From an uncultured delta proteobacterium (GTDB lineage Bacteria > Desulfobacterota > Zymogenia > Zymogenales > Zymogenaceae), in NCBI GenBank assembly GCA_963792965.1, contig CAWBYW010000011.1:64001-128000 (forward strand): 64,000 bases of DNA, in the 5' to 3' direction. The position numbers and the translations under genes are program-made. The notes under the pieces are model-generated. The model had not been told where the DNA came from. It saw nothing but the letters and a program-made list of their open reading frames with translations, and did not search any database. Below, piece by piece: positions 53,788-64,000 of this stretch; the stretch's first letter is position 1, and each line of letters begins with the position of its first letter.

Positions 53788-55137
53788 ATGAAAAAACTCT
53801 TCGGGACCGACGGAATCCGCGGCGTCGCCAATGAAGAGCCGATGACTACCGAGACCGCCATGAAGGTGGGCAGGGCCACCGCCTACATCTTCAAGGGGGG
53901 CACAAAGCGCCATCGCATCGTTATCGGCAAGGACACGCGGCTTTCCGGTTACATGCTCGAGACGGCGCTGGCCTCCGGCATCTGCTCAATGGGGGCCGAC
54001 GTGCTCCTCGTTGGACCGCTCCCGACGCCGGGCATCGCCTTTATAACCTCGAGCATGCGGGCCGACGCTGGGGTCGTTATCTCGGCCTCCCATAACCCGT
54101 TTCAGGACAACGGCATCAAGATATTCTCCGGCGACGGATTTAAGCTCCCGGACGAGAAGGAAAGCCAGATCGAGCGGCTCATCTTCTCCGAAGAGCTGGA
54201 TAAACTTCGCCCCACCGCATCCGAGGTCGGTAAGGCCTTCCGGGTGGAAGACGCGGTGGGGAGATACGTCGTGTTCCTCAAGGGCGCCTTTCCGAAAGAC
54301 CTGGACCTGTCGGGCATGAAGATCGCGGTGGACTGCGCGCACGGGGCCGCCTACAAGGTGGCGCCCGCCGTCTTCGAGGAACTCGGGGCGCACGTGGTCA
54401 CCTGCGGACATGATCCCGACGGCGAAAACATCAATGCCGGCTGCGGCTCCCTCTATCCCGAGGTGGTCAGAGGGCTCGTCAAGGAGTCGGGGGCCGACAT
54501 CGGGATTGCGCTCGACGGTGACGCCGATCGGGTCATCGTTGTCGACGAGAAGGGCACGGAGTTCAACGGCGACAAGATCATGGCCGTCTGCGCCCGCCAG
54601 ATGATGGAAAACCGTGAGCTCGTCGACGGCGTGCTCGTGGCCACCGTCATGAGCAACATGGGTCTTGAGCTCTTCATGAAAGAGATGGGCGGGCGGCTCA
54701 TCCGCACCCAGGTGGGTGACCGATACGTGGTGGAGAAGATGATCAAGGGTCGCTATAACCTCGGGGGAGAGCAATCCGGGCACATCATCTTCCTGGACTA
54801 TAACACCACCGGGGACGGCATCCTTTCGGCCCTCATGCTCCTTTCGGTTATGGTCAGGAAGCAGAAGCGCCTCTCGGAGCTGGCCGGCATCATCACGGAT
54901 TTCCCCCAGGTCCTCAAAAACGTCCAGGTGAAGCGCAGGGCAAATCTGTCGGAGATACCGACCGTCGCCGAGGCGATTTCGCAGGCGGAGAGCCGGCTGG
55001 GCGATAGGGGAAGGGTCCTCGTGCGTTTCTCGGGGACGGAAAACAAGGTGCGGGTGATGCTCGAGGGTCAGGACGAGACGCTTATCGCAGATCTTGCCTC
55101 CGGGATTGCGGACGCGATCGAGAGGGAGCTCGCATGA
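53788..55137 (+). CDS. glmM: Phosphoglucosamine mutase
   Basis: [28 protein letters not shown]. Confidence 0.97.
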   Translation: MKKLFGTDGIRGVANEEPMTTETAMKVGRATAYIFKGGTKRHRIVIGKDTRLSGYMLETALASGICSMGADVLLVGPLPTPGIAFITSSMRADAGVVISASHNPFQDNGIKIFSGDGFKLPDEKESQIERLIFSEELDKLRPTASEVGKAFRVEDAVGRYVVFLKGAFPKDLDLSGMKIAVDCAHGAAYKVAPAVFEELGAHVVTCGHDPDGENINAGCGSLYPEVVRGLVKESGADIGIALDGDADRVIVVDEKGTEFNGDKIMAVCARQMMENRELVDGVLVATVMSNMGLELFMKEMGGRLIRTQVGDRYVVEKMIKGRYNLGGEQSGHIIFLDYNTTGDGILSALMLLSVMVRKQKRLSELAGIITDFPQVLKNVQVKRRANLSEIPTVAEAISQAESRLGDRGRVLVRFSGTENKVRVMLEGQDETLIADLASGIADAIERELA

Positions 55138-55510
55138 TCCTTTCCGTCGGGACCGACGCCCTTGAGATCGGACGGATGGCGCTTGCCCTCAGGCGTCAGG
55201 GGAAGGGATTTGAGCGGCGGATCTTCACCGAGGCGGAGAACGCGTACTGCGGCGAAAGAAAAACCCCGCCTCATCGTACGCCGCCCGTTTTTCCGCCAAG
55301 GAGGCGACCCTCAAGGCGCTTGGCCGGGGGCTTTTCCAGGGGGCGGCGATGAGGGACATCGAGGTGGTCAGGGGGCCGCGGGGGAAACCGTCGATTCGCC
55401 TTCACGGTGGGGCGCTGAGGATTTTCGAGGAACTAGGCGGAAAGACGATCCACCTCTCACTGACCCATTCGCGGGACATCTCCTTTGCGGTGGTGATTTT
55501 CGAGGGGTAG
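55134..55510 (+). CDS. acpS: Holo-ACP synthase; frameshift near 55270
   Basis: MILSVGTD...RIFTEAE, then [14 protein letters not shown] and HLSLTHS in a shifted frame. Confidence 0.88.
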
Positions 55511-55640
55511 GCGTGCCATAGGCCGGCATCCGCGGAAGCCCGGCGGCAGAGAGAAGAAAACTGGACGGCACTTTTTGAGAAAGGTGTCACCCGTGTCGTG
55601 CGGAGTATCCTGGAGATGTACAGAGGGCTCGGATAACGAT

Positions 55641-57232
55641 ATGAAAGCCGTGACCGCACAGATCATCCGCGAGCTCGACCGGCGCGCCATCGAGGAGTAC
55701 GGTATCTCCGGCTCGGTCCTCATGGAAAACGCCGGCGGGGGGACGGCACGCATCCTCCTGGATCGTTTTCCCGAGGTCTACCGAAGAGGTGCGACGATCG
55801 TGGCCGGCACCGGCAACAACGGGGGGGACGGTTTCGTCATCGCCCGGCATCTTGCCAACCGGGGGGTTGAGGCGGACGTCTTTCTGGTCGGCGACGAGAC
55901 GAAGGTACGCGCCGGGGAATCGGCCAATAACCTGGCGGTCCTCAAGAAGATGGGGGTCGCGGTGGTACCTGTCGGACGCGACGAGGACGTGGCGGCGCTT
56001 GTCGAGTCGGTCCGAACGCGGGGTATCGTCGTGGACGCGCTTTTCGGCACGGGGCTCGAGCGGGAGGTGACGGGGATCTTCGCCCGTGTAGTGGCGGTCA
56101 TGAACGAAGGGCGCCCGATTCTCGCCGTGGACGTCCCTTCGGGGATCTCGTCGGACACGGGAAGGGTGCTCGGATGCGCCGTCAAGGCGGACGTGACGGT
56201 AACGTTTGCGCTGCCGAAGGTGGGAAGCCTCATCTACCCCGCCGCCGACTACGTCGGGGAGCTGGTCGTCCTTGATATCTCGATTCCGGCGAAACTCGTC
56301 GAGGCCTCCCCGATCAGAGACTACGTCCTCGAGCCGGGGGATTTTGCCCCCATCACGGCCGGGAGGCATGCGGACAGCCACAAAGGGGATTTCGGCCATC
56401 TGTTGATCGTGGCCGGCTCACGCGGCAAATCCGGCGCCGCCGTCCTGTGCGGGACGGGGGCGTTACTCGCGGGTGCGGGGCTGGTGACGATCGGTGCGCC
56501 CCAGTCTCAACTTGACAACATTGCTGTGAGGCTGACGGAGGCGATGACCGAGCCGCTGCCCGATGACGTGGGGGCGCTGGGCCGCTCGGCTTTCGAGAGG
56601 ATCGAAGCGGTCACCCTTGGAAAGAGCGCCGTGGCGCTCGGGCCCGGGCTCGGGACCGGTGCGGGAGCTGTTGCGGCGGTGCGGAGGCTCATCGAAAAGG
56701 TCGCTCTCCCGCTGGTGATAGACGCCGATGGGATCAACGCGATCGCGACCGATACGACGATCCTCAAGCGGAAGAAGGGCTCGATCATCCTGACGCCGCA
56801 CCCGGGAGAGATGGGCAGGCTCGTCGGGAAGTCGGCCGGGGAAGTTCAGGAGGACAGGATCGGGATTTCGCGGAGGTTCGCGGCCGATTTCGGCATCTAT
56901 GTGGTGCTGAAGGGTGCACGGACGATCATCGCCGAGCCGTCCGGAGACGTATATATCTCCATGGGCGGCAACCCCGGAATGGCCTCCGGGGGGATGGGAG
57001 ACGTGCTTAACGGGGCTCGTCGGGGGCTTCCTGGCGGCCTCGGGTGATGCGTCTGTCTCGGCACGGGCGGGCGTATTCATCCACGCCGCCGCCGGAGATC
57101 GGGCGGCGCGGCGGGTGGGGGAGATTTCCCTTGTCGCCGGAGACCTCATCCAGTGACGTGCCGGGGGTAATCAATGCGCTCTCATGCGGGGAAGGTCGGG
57201 CCATCGGGTGCGGTATTGAACGCATCTTTTAG
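55641..57232 (+). CDS. nnr: Bifunctional NAD(P)H-hydrate epimerase/dehydratase; frameshifts near 57010 and 57150
   Basis: LMENAG, GTGNNGGDG, DALFGTG, HKGDFG, GPGLG, LTPHPGE, GGMGDVL. Confidence 0.93.
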
Positions 57233-57283
57233 GGACGGCCCGGTCGAGCCGGGAAACGCAGGGCGAAGCGCGGTGTCACACTT

Positions 57284-57784
57284 ATGGGGCAGGGGCACAC
57301 AGAGATTGAGGTCTTCACCGGATCCGCCGACGAGACGCTCTCGCTTGGCCGCGCCCTCGGCAAGCACGCCCGTCCCGGCACGGTGCTGTGCCTGTTTGGC
57401 GATCTCGGAGCGGGTAAGACGAAGCTGGCCCAGGGGATCGCGGGGGGGCTCGGCGTTCCTAAGACATACGTGGTGACGAGCCCGACCTTCACCTTTGTCA
57501 ACGAATACCCGGGGAGGCTCCCCCTCTACCACATCGACCTTTACCGTATCTCGTCGCCCGAGGAGCTTTCCGACCTCGGTTTTGAGGAATACGTGGACGG
57601 AAACGGGGTCGTGGTGATCGAGTGGGCGGAGCGGGCGGGGCGACTTTTGCCGTCGCGCCGGATAGACGTGGCCATTACGATCCTTTCGGAAACGGGGCGC
57701 AGATTCAAATTCGACTTCATCGGCATCGACGGAACACTGAAGGATATGCTGATTGACCATACACACACGCATGAAGGAGGTTAG
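57284..57784 (+). CDS. tsaE: tRNA t6A biosynthesis ATPase
   Basis: GDLGAGKT, VTSPTF, HIDLYR, IEW. Confidence 0.96.
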   Translation: MGQGHTEIEVFTGSADETLSLGRALGKHARPGTVLCLFGDLGAGKTKLAQGIAGGLGVPKTYVVTSPTFTFVNEYPGRLPLYHIDLYRISSPEELSDLGFEEYVDGNGVVVIEWAERAGRLLPSRRIDVAITILSETGRRFKFDFIGIDGTLKDMLIDHTHTHEGG

Positions 57785-57793
57785 AGAAATCCT

Positions 57794-59038
57794 GTGGCAC
57801 TGATCGTTCAGAAATACGGTGGAACCTCGGTAGGAAACTTGGATCGTATCGCCAACGTGGCAAAGCGGGTCATTAAGACGAGAGAGGCCGGAAACGACAC
57901 GGTGGTCGTCCTGTCGGCGATGTCCGGCGAGACCGATCGACTCCTCGACCTGGCCAAGAAGATCAATCCCCGCCCCAACGAGCGGGAACTTGACGTGCTG
58001 GTCTCCACGGGAGAGCAGGTGACGGTGGCGCTGTTGTCTATGATGCTTTCCGACATGGGCGTGCCCGCGCGATCGTTTCTGGGCTACCAGGTGAAGATAC
58101 TGACCGACAACTCGTTCACGAGGGCCCGCATCACCGACATCGAGGAAAAGGTCATCCGCGACGAGCTCAAGAGGGGGACGGTGGTGGTCGTGGCGGGGTT
58201 CCAGGGGGTGGATAACGACGGCAACATCACCACGCTCGGGCGCGGAGGATCGGACACCACGGCGGTTGCGCTGGCGGCGGCGCTCAAGGCCGACCTCTGC
58301 GAGATCTACACCGACGTGGACGGGGTCTACACCACCGACCCGAACATCTGCCCCAACGCGAGGAAGCTTGCGAAGATCTCATATGACGAGATGCTCGAGA
58401 TGGCAAGCCTTGGGGCCAAAGTCCTTCACACGCGGTCGGTGGAGTTTGCCAAGAAATATAACGTCCCCGTGGTGGTGAAGTCGAGCTTCACCGACGGGGC
58501 CGGGACAATCGTTACGGAAGAGGATAGGGATATGGAACAGGTCGTCGTTTCGGGGATCGCCTACAACGTCAATGAGGCAAAGCTGACCATACGGGGTGTC
58601 GCCGACAGGCCGGGGATCGCCTCGCGACTCTTCGGCGCCATCGCCGGGGCCGACATCATCGTGGACATGATCATCCAGAACGTGAGCGCGGACAACAGCG
58701 CCGATATCACCTTTACCGTGCCGAAGAGCGACCTGGCGAAGGCCCGGGAGATCCTTGACGGCCTCAGGGGGGAGCTCGCGGCCCGGGAGATCATCGCCGA
58801 CGAGAATATCTCCAAGGTCTCGATCGTCGGCGTCGGCATGCGAAGCCACGCCGGGGTGGCGTCGCAGATGTTCAAGGCGCTGGCGTCGGAGGGGATCAAT
58901 ATCCTGATGATCAGCACCTCCGAGATCAAGGTCTCCTGCGCCATCGAGCGCAAGTATACGGAGCTCGCCGTCAGGGTGCTGCACGACACGTTCGAGCTCG
59001 GCGCGGAGGAGCCCAAAGTCTCCAAGGAAGAATTGTAG
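57794..59038 (+). CDS. lysC: Aspartate kinase
   Basis: [20 protein letters not shown], two ACT domains (internal MEQ typical of alpha/beta type), ISTSEIK. Confidence 0.96.
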   Translation: MALIVQKYGGTSVGNLDRIANVAKRVIKTREAGNDTVVVLSAMSGETDRLLDLAKKINPRPNERELDVLVSTGEQVTVALLSMMLSDMGVPARSFLGYQVKILTDNSFTRARITDIEEKVIRDELKRGTVVVVAGFQGVDNDGNITTLGRGGSDTTAVALAAALKADLCEIYTDVDGVYTTDPNICPNARKLAKISYDEMLEMASLGAKVLHTRSVEFAKKYNVPVVVKSSFTDGAGTIVTEEDRDMEQVVVSGIAYNVNEAKLTIRGVADRPGIASRLFGAIAGADIIVDMIIQNVSADNSADITFTVPKSDLAKAREILDGLRGELAAREIIADENISKVSIVGVGMRSHAGVASQMFKALASEGINILMISTSEIKVSCAIERKYTELAVRVLHDTFELGAEEPKVSKEEL

Positions 59039-59048
59039 GGAACAGCCT

Positions 59049-60638
59049 ATGCGGTTTGTCAAGATCTATGACACGACGCTCAGGGACGGCGCCCAGGCCG
59101 AAGATATCTCGTTTGTCCTGGACGATAAGCTGCGCATCGCCAAGAAGCTCGACGAGCTGGGTGTCCACTATATTGAGGGCGGGTGGCCCGGGGCCAACCC
59201 GAAGGACGACAAGTTCTTTGCCGCCGTCAGGACGATGCGGTTCAACATCGCCAAGATCGCGGCCTTCGGAAGCACCCGCAAGAAGGCTACCGCCCCGGAA
59301 AATGACGAGATGCTTGGGCTGTTGATTGCCGCGGGCACGGACGTCGTGACGATCGTCGGTAAATCGTGGGACATCCACGTGACGGCGGCGCTCGGCGTGA
59401 CGCTTGAAGAAAACCTCGCCATGATCGGCGATACGCTCGCCTATCTCCGCCCGAAGACCAAGGAGCTCTTCTTTGACGCCGAGCATTTCTTCAGCGGATT
59501 CAAGGCGGACCCGGACTACGCCCTGTCGACCATCAAGCGGGCCGAGGCCGCCGGTGTCGATTGTATCGTGTTGTGCGACACCAACGGCGGCATGATGCCC
59601 TGGGAGATCAGGGAGATTGTCGGCCGCGTCAAGAGCGAGGTATCGACGCCGCTGGGCATCCACTGCCACGAGGACAACGGCCTTGCCACGGCAAACTCGC
59701 TCATCGCGGTGGAGATGGGGGTCGACCAGGTGCAGGGGACCGTCAACGGCTATGGGGAGCGGTGCGGCAACGCAAACCTCTGCACGATCATCCCCAACCT
59801 CAAGATCAAGATGGGCATCGAGTGTATCTCCGACAAGCAGCTCGAGCGGCTCAAAGAGGTCTCCCGGTTCGTGGACGAGATGGCGAACCGCGTGCCCGAC
59901 AAGCACCGGCCCTACGTGGGGGAGAGCGCCTTTGCCCACAAGGGGGGCATCCACGCCTCCGCCGTCATGAAAAACCCCCTCACCTATGAGCATGTCGACC
60001 CGCGGCTCGTCGGCAACGAGCAGCGCATCCTCGTCTCCGACCAGTCGGGGCTGTCCAGCATCCGGCTGAAGGCGCGGCAGTTCGGCATCGATCTTTCCTC
60101 CGAGGACGAAAAGACCAGGGGGCTCGTCAAACAGGTCAAGGAGCTGGAGGGAAAGGGCTACCAGTTCGAGGGGGCCGACGCCTCCTTTGAGCTCCTCATG
60201 AACCGCGCCCTCGGCAAGTACAAGCCCTACTTCACGCTGCGGGGCTTTCGGATCATCGCGGAGCGGCGCACCGGCGACAAGGAGCCGCTGGCCGAGGCCA
60301 CCATCATGATCGACGTGGACGGCCGCGTCGAGCACACCGCCGCTACGGGCAACGGGCCGGTCAACGCGCTGGATAATGCCATCAGAAAGGCGCTGGAAAA
60401 GTTCTACCCCGAGCTTTCCGAGATGAGGCTTCTGGACTATAAGGTGCGGGTCCTCACCACCGAGGACGGGACGGGGGCCACGGTCCGGGTCCTCATCGAG
60501 TCGGGCGACAAGGAGGACACCTGGGAGACGGTAGGGGTCGACCAGAACATCATCCAGGCCAGCTGGAGCGCGCTGGTGGACAGCATCGAGTATAAGCTCT
60601 ACAAGGACGAGAAGAAGCGACGGGCACGGGGCGAATAG
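59049..60638 (+). CDS. cimA: Citramalate synthase (LeuA-like family)
   Basis: [53 protein letters not shown]. Confidence 0.9.
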   Translation: MRFVKIYDTTLRDGAQAEDISFVLDDKLRIAKKLDELGVHYIEGGWPGANPKDDKFFAAVRTMRFNIAKIAAFGSTRKKATAPENDEMLGLLIAAGTDVVTIVGKSWDIHVTAALGVTLEENLAMIGDTLAYLRPKTKELFFDAEHFFSGFKADPDYALSTIKRAEAAGVDCIVLCDTNGGMMPWEIREIVGRVKSEVSTPLGIHCHEDNGLATANSLIAVEMGVDQVQGTVNGYGERCGNANLCTIIPNLKIKMGIECISDKQLERLKEVSRFVDEMANRVPDKHRPYVGESAFAHKGGIHASAVMKNPLTYEHVDPRLVGNEQRILVSDQSGLSSIRLKARQFGIDLSSEDEKTRGLVKQVKELEGKGYQFEGADASFELLMNRALGKYKPYFTLRGFRIIAERRTGDKEPLAEATIMIDVDGRVEHTAATGNGPVNALDNAIRKALEKFYPELSEMRLLDYKVRVLTTEDGTGATVRVLIESGDKEDTWETVGVDQNIIQASWSALVDSIEYKLYKDEKKRRARGE

Positions 60639-60792
60639 CATAGTGGACCAGGAACTGCCGGGCGCGGTCGCAGGGGCGGGATACACGGCCCCGTTTACAG
60701 GATTTGCGCCGGCGGCCCCGACCGATCCGAGCGACGTTTGGACGGGTCACGTCGTGTCCAATAAATACCCTATCACCATCTCCTCGCAGTGA

Positions 60793-61743
60793 ATGAACGA
60801 TTCATTTAAGGATTTCCCGGATACCCCCCAGGACCTTCCCCAAAACGAGGGAACGCCTTGTCCCGAAGATGATCATCACGCCAAAGCCGAAGCACCACCG
60901 CCGCCCGACCCCGGGATGCTGCGTTTTAGGCCGGCGATCGTCTTGATCGCGGCGCTTCTCGTCACCGTTACGCTTGCGTCCTCTCTTGCCCGGTGGATGG
61001 ACGAGCGGGCCGGCCCCGAAAAACCGATATCCGGCGTCGTCGTCCGGGGACCGGAGGGGAGAGCTGAGATCCTGCCGAAAGGGACGACCGTCGGGGAGGC
61101 GCTCGGGACATGGGACGTGGATACGGTGGGGCTGGACAAAAAGGTATTGAAGACAAGGCTCTCGGACGGCACGTGCATCACAATCGTCGAGACACACGGC
61201 ACGCGTGAGGTGAAAATCGGTGAGATGCAGCCGGCGGAGCGCATCGCGGCGGGACTTCCCTTCGACGTCAACGAGGCGACCGCGCCCGAGCTTGACCTGA
61301 TCCCGAACGTTGGGGAGGCGACGGCGCGCCTGATTGTCTCCTACCGCACGGCGCACGGGCCGTTTGAATCTGCCGCGGACCTCGAAAGGGTGCCCGAGCT
61401 CGGCACAAAGAAGGCCCGCGAGATCGCCGCCTACGTCACCTTCGGGGAGGAGCCGAAGACGGATGCGGACCGAGGGGACACCGCCTCCCTTGGTGCGGGC
61501 GGGGAGGAAAAAGAGGCCCCGTCAAACGATAAGCTGACGCAGTCCGATCGGCCCATCGACATCAACGGGGCTTCCCTCGACGAGCTGATGCGCATCCCCG
61601 GCGTGGGGGAGGTGACGGCACAGCGGATCATCAACTACCGGACGAAGAACGGCCCACTCAAGAGCATCGCCGATCTCGAAAAGGTCGAGGGGATAGGGGA
61701 GAAGAAGGCGGAGAAGATCGGCGCGTATGTTAATTTCGAGTAG
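60793..61743 (+). CDS. comEA: ComEA-family DNA-binding protein with two HhH modules
   Basis: One TM segment, DVNEATAPELDLIPNVG and DINGASLDELMRIPGVG repeats. Confidence 0.85.
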   Translation: MNDSFKDFPDTPQDLPQNEGTPCPEDDHHAKAEAPPPPDPGMLRFRPAIVLIAALLVTVTLASSLARWMDERAGPEKPISGVVVRGPEGRAEILPKGTTVGEALGTWDVDTVGLDKKVLKTRLSDGTCITIVETHGTREVKIGEMQPAERIAAGLPFDVNEATAPELDLIPNVGEATARLIVSYRTAHGPFESAADLERVPELGTKKAREIAAYVTFGEEPKTDADRGDTASLGAGGEEKEAPSNDKLTQSDRPIDINGASLDELMRIPGVGEVTAQRIINYRTKNGPLKSIADLEKVEGIGEKKAEKIGAYVNFE

Positions 61744-61755
61744 TATGGGACGGGC

Positions 61756-62451
61756 CTAACCAGCATCCTGACTTAATCCCAAAGCATTAATGAAACGTTG
61801 GAAGCTTGCGGTGAGTATACCTTGATCGCTTTCGTAACCTAAATGTCCACCTACCAGAGTCTTATAAAGTCCTGTCCTGTTCAACCGCGTTAGAAAACCT
61901 GGTATTAATTCTCTTGATATTCCTATGGATCCTTCTATTTCGTCAAGAAGGTTCTCCCAGTACTTTTCTATTAATTCGTAGTCTATCCCCTCTTTTGGTT
62001 GAGGATTTTCTAATTCGTACCTGTAAATTAACCTGAGTATTTCAAACTCACGGTAACCTAGGTCATCTAGAATGGACAGAAATTCCTCATACTCATCCGT
62101 TTGCTCGAATTGCTTCCTTTCACAATAGCCTGAAAAAAGAGAGGAAAAGAGCCTAATTTTCTCTTCACGCTTAGTATTTAGGACGTAATGCACCGTACAA
62201 AAGTAAGCATGCAGGAAATCATTATTTTTAACATCCTCCGGGGTAAGCTCTATCTTTCTCCTCTCCAAATTATTAAAAAATGTCCGAAGGCGTTTTTCGC
62301 GGATACCTCTTATTGTCTCTACCAGAAACACATCAAGTGCAGAGCCAATTCCCTTTGGAACTAATTGAATAAGCCCACGTATTATAGGATTGTGCTCATA
62401 GTATTTCTCTACCTTTTCAGCCAATTCCTTAACGATCTTATCATCAATCAT
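61756..62451 (-). CDS. Hypothetical protein, AT-rich
   Basis: 231-aa ORF with visibly lower GC than its flanks. Its start directly abuts the cupin stop. Confidence 0.7.
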   Translation of the reverse strand: MIDDKIVKELAEKVEKYYEHNPIIRGLIQLVPKGIGSALDVFLVETIRGIREKRLRTFFNNLERRKIELTPEDVKNNDFLHAYFCTVHYVLNTKREEKIRLFSSLFSGYCERKQFEQTDEYEEFLSILDDLGYREFEILRLIYRYELENPQPKEGIDYELIEKYWENLLDEIEGSIGISRELIPGFLTRLNRTGLYKTLVGGHLGYESDQGILTASFQRFINALGLSQDAG

Positions 62452-62811
62452 CTAAATCCGCTCCACCTCCGTCTTCGTCCGCTCGTTTTGCACCTCGCCG
62501 GTGTTCACCGTGGTCTTCGGCTCAAAAAGCATCACGTCTACTTCTTCCGGAGCCACCGGCATATGCTCGACGCCGTGGGGGATGATGAGGAACTCGCCCT
62601 CGGAGATCCGGATGTCCCGGTCGCGAAACCGGATCGTGAGCGCGCCCTTCACGACGAAGAACATCTCGTCCTCCACGTCATGGGTGTGCCACATAAACTC
62701 GCCCTTGAGTTTGGCGAGCTTAAGGTAGTAGTCGCCGATCTCTCCGACCACCTTTGGGCTCCAGAGGTCGGAGAAGAGGGAGAATTTGTGTTTAAGATTT
62801 ACTTTTTCCAT
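62452..62811 (-). CDS. Cupin domain protein
   Basis: WSPKVV, GEFMWHTHDVEDEMF, PHGVEHMP, FEP..TVNTG. Confidence 0.92.
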   Translation of the reverse strand: MEKVNLKHKFSLFSDLWSPKVVGEIGDYYLKLAKLKGEFMWHTHDVEDEMFFVVKGALTIRFRDRDIRISEGEFLIIPHGVEHMPVAPEEVDVMLFEPKTTVNTGEVQNERTKTEVERI

Positions 62812-62879
62812 CGATTGTATCCGATAATATAAGGTATGCGGTTTGGCTCGAGATGACCGGGTGGAACAGAAGAGCCAAA

Positions 62880-62903
62880 GGGCGGCATATATGCCGCCCC
62901 TAC
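62880..62903 (-). repeat. GTAG-type REP-like palindrome
   Basis: Minus strand GTAGGGGCGGCATATATGCCGCCC: a GTAG tetranucleotide followed by a perfect palindrome. Confidence 0.6.
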
Positions 62904-62965
62904 GAACCCCAATTTAGATCGAACCTGAAGACGGGGTCCCTGCAAAACGCGGCTGTCGTGGGGTG

Positions 62966-64000
62966 TCACAGCCCCATGATCTTCTTTGTCTCTTCCTTCG
63001 TATCGCCGAGCTTATACGGGATGAAGAAGAGGAGTCCCACGAGGCACGAGGCCGCGCAGAAGGCCCACACCATCCTGACGCCGAGGGCGTTCTCCACGCT
63101 GTAGCCGAAAAGCGCCAGCACCCCGTTGAGTATCACAGCCGAGAAGGCCCAACCGGTCTTGCGGACAAAGCCGTATATGCCGAAATAGATCGCCTCTTTC
63201 CTCTTTCCCGTCTTTAGCTCTCCGTAATCGGTGAGGTCGGCGATGATGAGGAGCGACAGCAGAAAGACCCCGCCGAGGGGCACGGCCGCCAGCGGAAAGA
63301 CGATCATCGCCTGGACGAAGGGCGAAAGGACCGGATACCAGCCGATGAAAAAACTCAGCCCAAAACCACCGATCATGGCGGCGATCACTCCACGGAAGAC
63401 GTGCCGCTTCGGGTATTTCTTGACGAGCCAGTACCAGAGGGGAACCGATATCGCCATGGCGATGATCACCTCACCGATCAGGATCGACGAGTCGGCCTTG
63501 TTTCTCTTGAGGATGAGCTCGGTTAGGTAGGGCGTGTTCATGAGCATGAGCTGGTAGGTGAGCTGCACGAGCGTGATCATCGCGGCAAAGGAGAATATCT
63601 GCCGGTCTGCAAAGGCCTCCTTCATCGCCTTGAAGAACCCGGACATCTTTTCGGCCTCGTCGATCTTGTGACGCTGCTTGATGCCAAACAGCGTCAGCTC
63701 CCCGGCGATGAACCCGACGACGCCGAGGATCAGCGCCATCACGAAGATTCCGTACTTCGCCATCAGGGGGCCCGAGAGGCCGCCGGCGACGAGCGCGCCG
63801 AGGATGCCGAGCGCCACCCCAACAGAAGCTATCTTGGCGCGGTCGTCCTTCTTGGGGCTCATCTCCGGCAGCACCGCAAACCAGGGGATGAGCACGAGCG
63901 TATAGGCCCAGTAGTAAAAGAAAAAGACGACCGCGATATAGAGGATATTGATCGAGCTGGCGGCGGCCATTGGCGGCGTCCAGACCAGGAGAAACGAGAT
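62966..64000 (-). CDS. MFS transporter (GPH-like); 5' end outside the window
   Basis: IPWFAVLPEM, ADLTDYGELKTGKRKEAIYFG, multiple TM segments. Confidence 0.85.
   Translation of the reverse strand: MSFLLVWTPPMAAASSINILYIAVVFFFYYWAYTLVLIPWFAVLPEMSPKKDDRAKIASVGVALGILGALVAGGLSGPLMAKYGIFVMALILGVVGFIAGELTLFGIKQRHKIDEAEKMSGFFKAMKEAFADRQIFSFAAMITLVQLTYQLMLMNTPYLTELILKRNKADSSILIGEVIIAMAISVPLWYWLVKKYPKRHVFRGVIAAMIGGFGLSFFIGWYPVLSPFVQAMIVFPLAAVPLGGVFLLSLLIIADLTDYGELKTGKRKEAIYFGIYGFVRKTGWAFSAVILNGVLALFGYSVENALGVRMVWAFCAASCLVGLLFFIPYKLGDTKEETKKIMGL

Noticed and set aside
52750-57232. Programmed frameshifting or pseudogenisation of folP, acpS and nnr
   Set aside because: I saw no consistent slippery motif, the genes are normally needed, and indels are widespread in the window. 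Sequencing error is the simpler explanation.
58971-60686. Long antisense ORFs (also 15048..16517, 42642..43994, 48419..49570, 4742..5869)
   Set aside because: These are shadow frames opposite well-supported genes in GC-rich DNA, with no recognisable motifs.

Overview
GC-rich bacterial DNA. The core gene order (ftsH-folP-glmM-acpS-nnr-tsaE-lysC-cimA-comEA) suggests a Deltaproteobacteria/Desulfobacterota-like anaerobe, which is an inference. From left to right: (1) the end of an amino-acid operon (threonine-synthase-like PLP enzyme, DUF1611/DgcN-like protein, PP-loop ATPase with a Cys cluster, dipeptide epimerase); (2) three tandem acyl-CoA ligase paralogs; (3) NUDIX, saccharopine-dehydrogenase-like, SRPBCC, 5'-nucleotidase and an orphan encapsulin-type ferritin; (4) an atypical kdp locus with an AlgB-like sigma54 response regulator, a sigma54 promoter, a KinB-like kinase, two small membrane peptides, kdpABC and a soluble KdpD-Usp-PTS EIIA fusion, with no kdpE; (5) a FadR-controlled catabolic operon of unknown substrate (two M24 peptidase paralogs, SCP2-Gfo/Idh/MocA fusion, BKACE, SDR, epimerase, KDPG aldolase, GPH transporter); (6) a Tat arylsulfatase plus anSME; (7) a more AT-rich block next to the 3' end of tRNA-Arg(UCG) with two V4R proteins, a multi-PAS hybrid kinase, an IS3 remnant, MarR and TauE; (8) housekeeping genes. 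Many genes, including normally essential ones, carry single-base frameshifts. These most likely reflect sequencing or assembly error, so coordinates of frameshifted genes are approximate. All family calls come from motif recognition by eye, with no database search.
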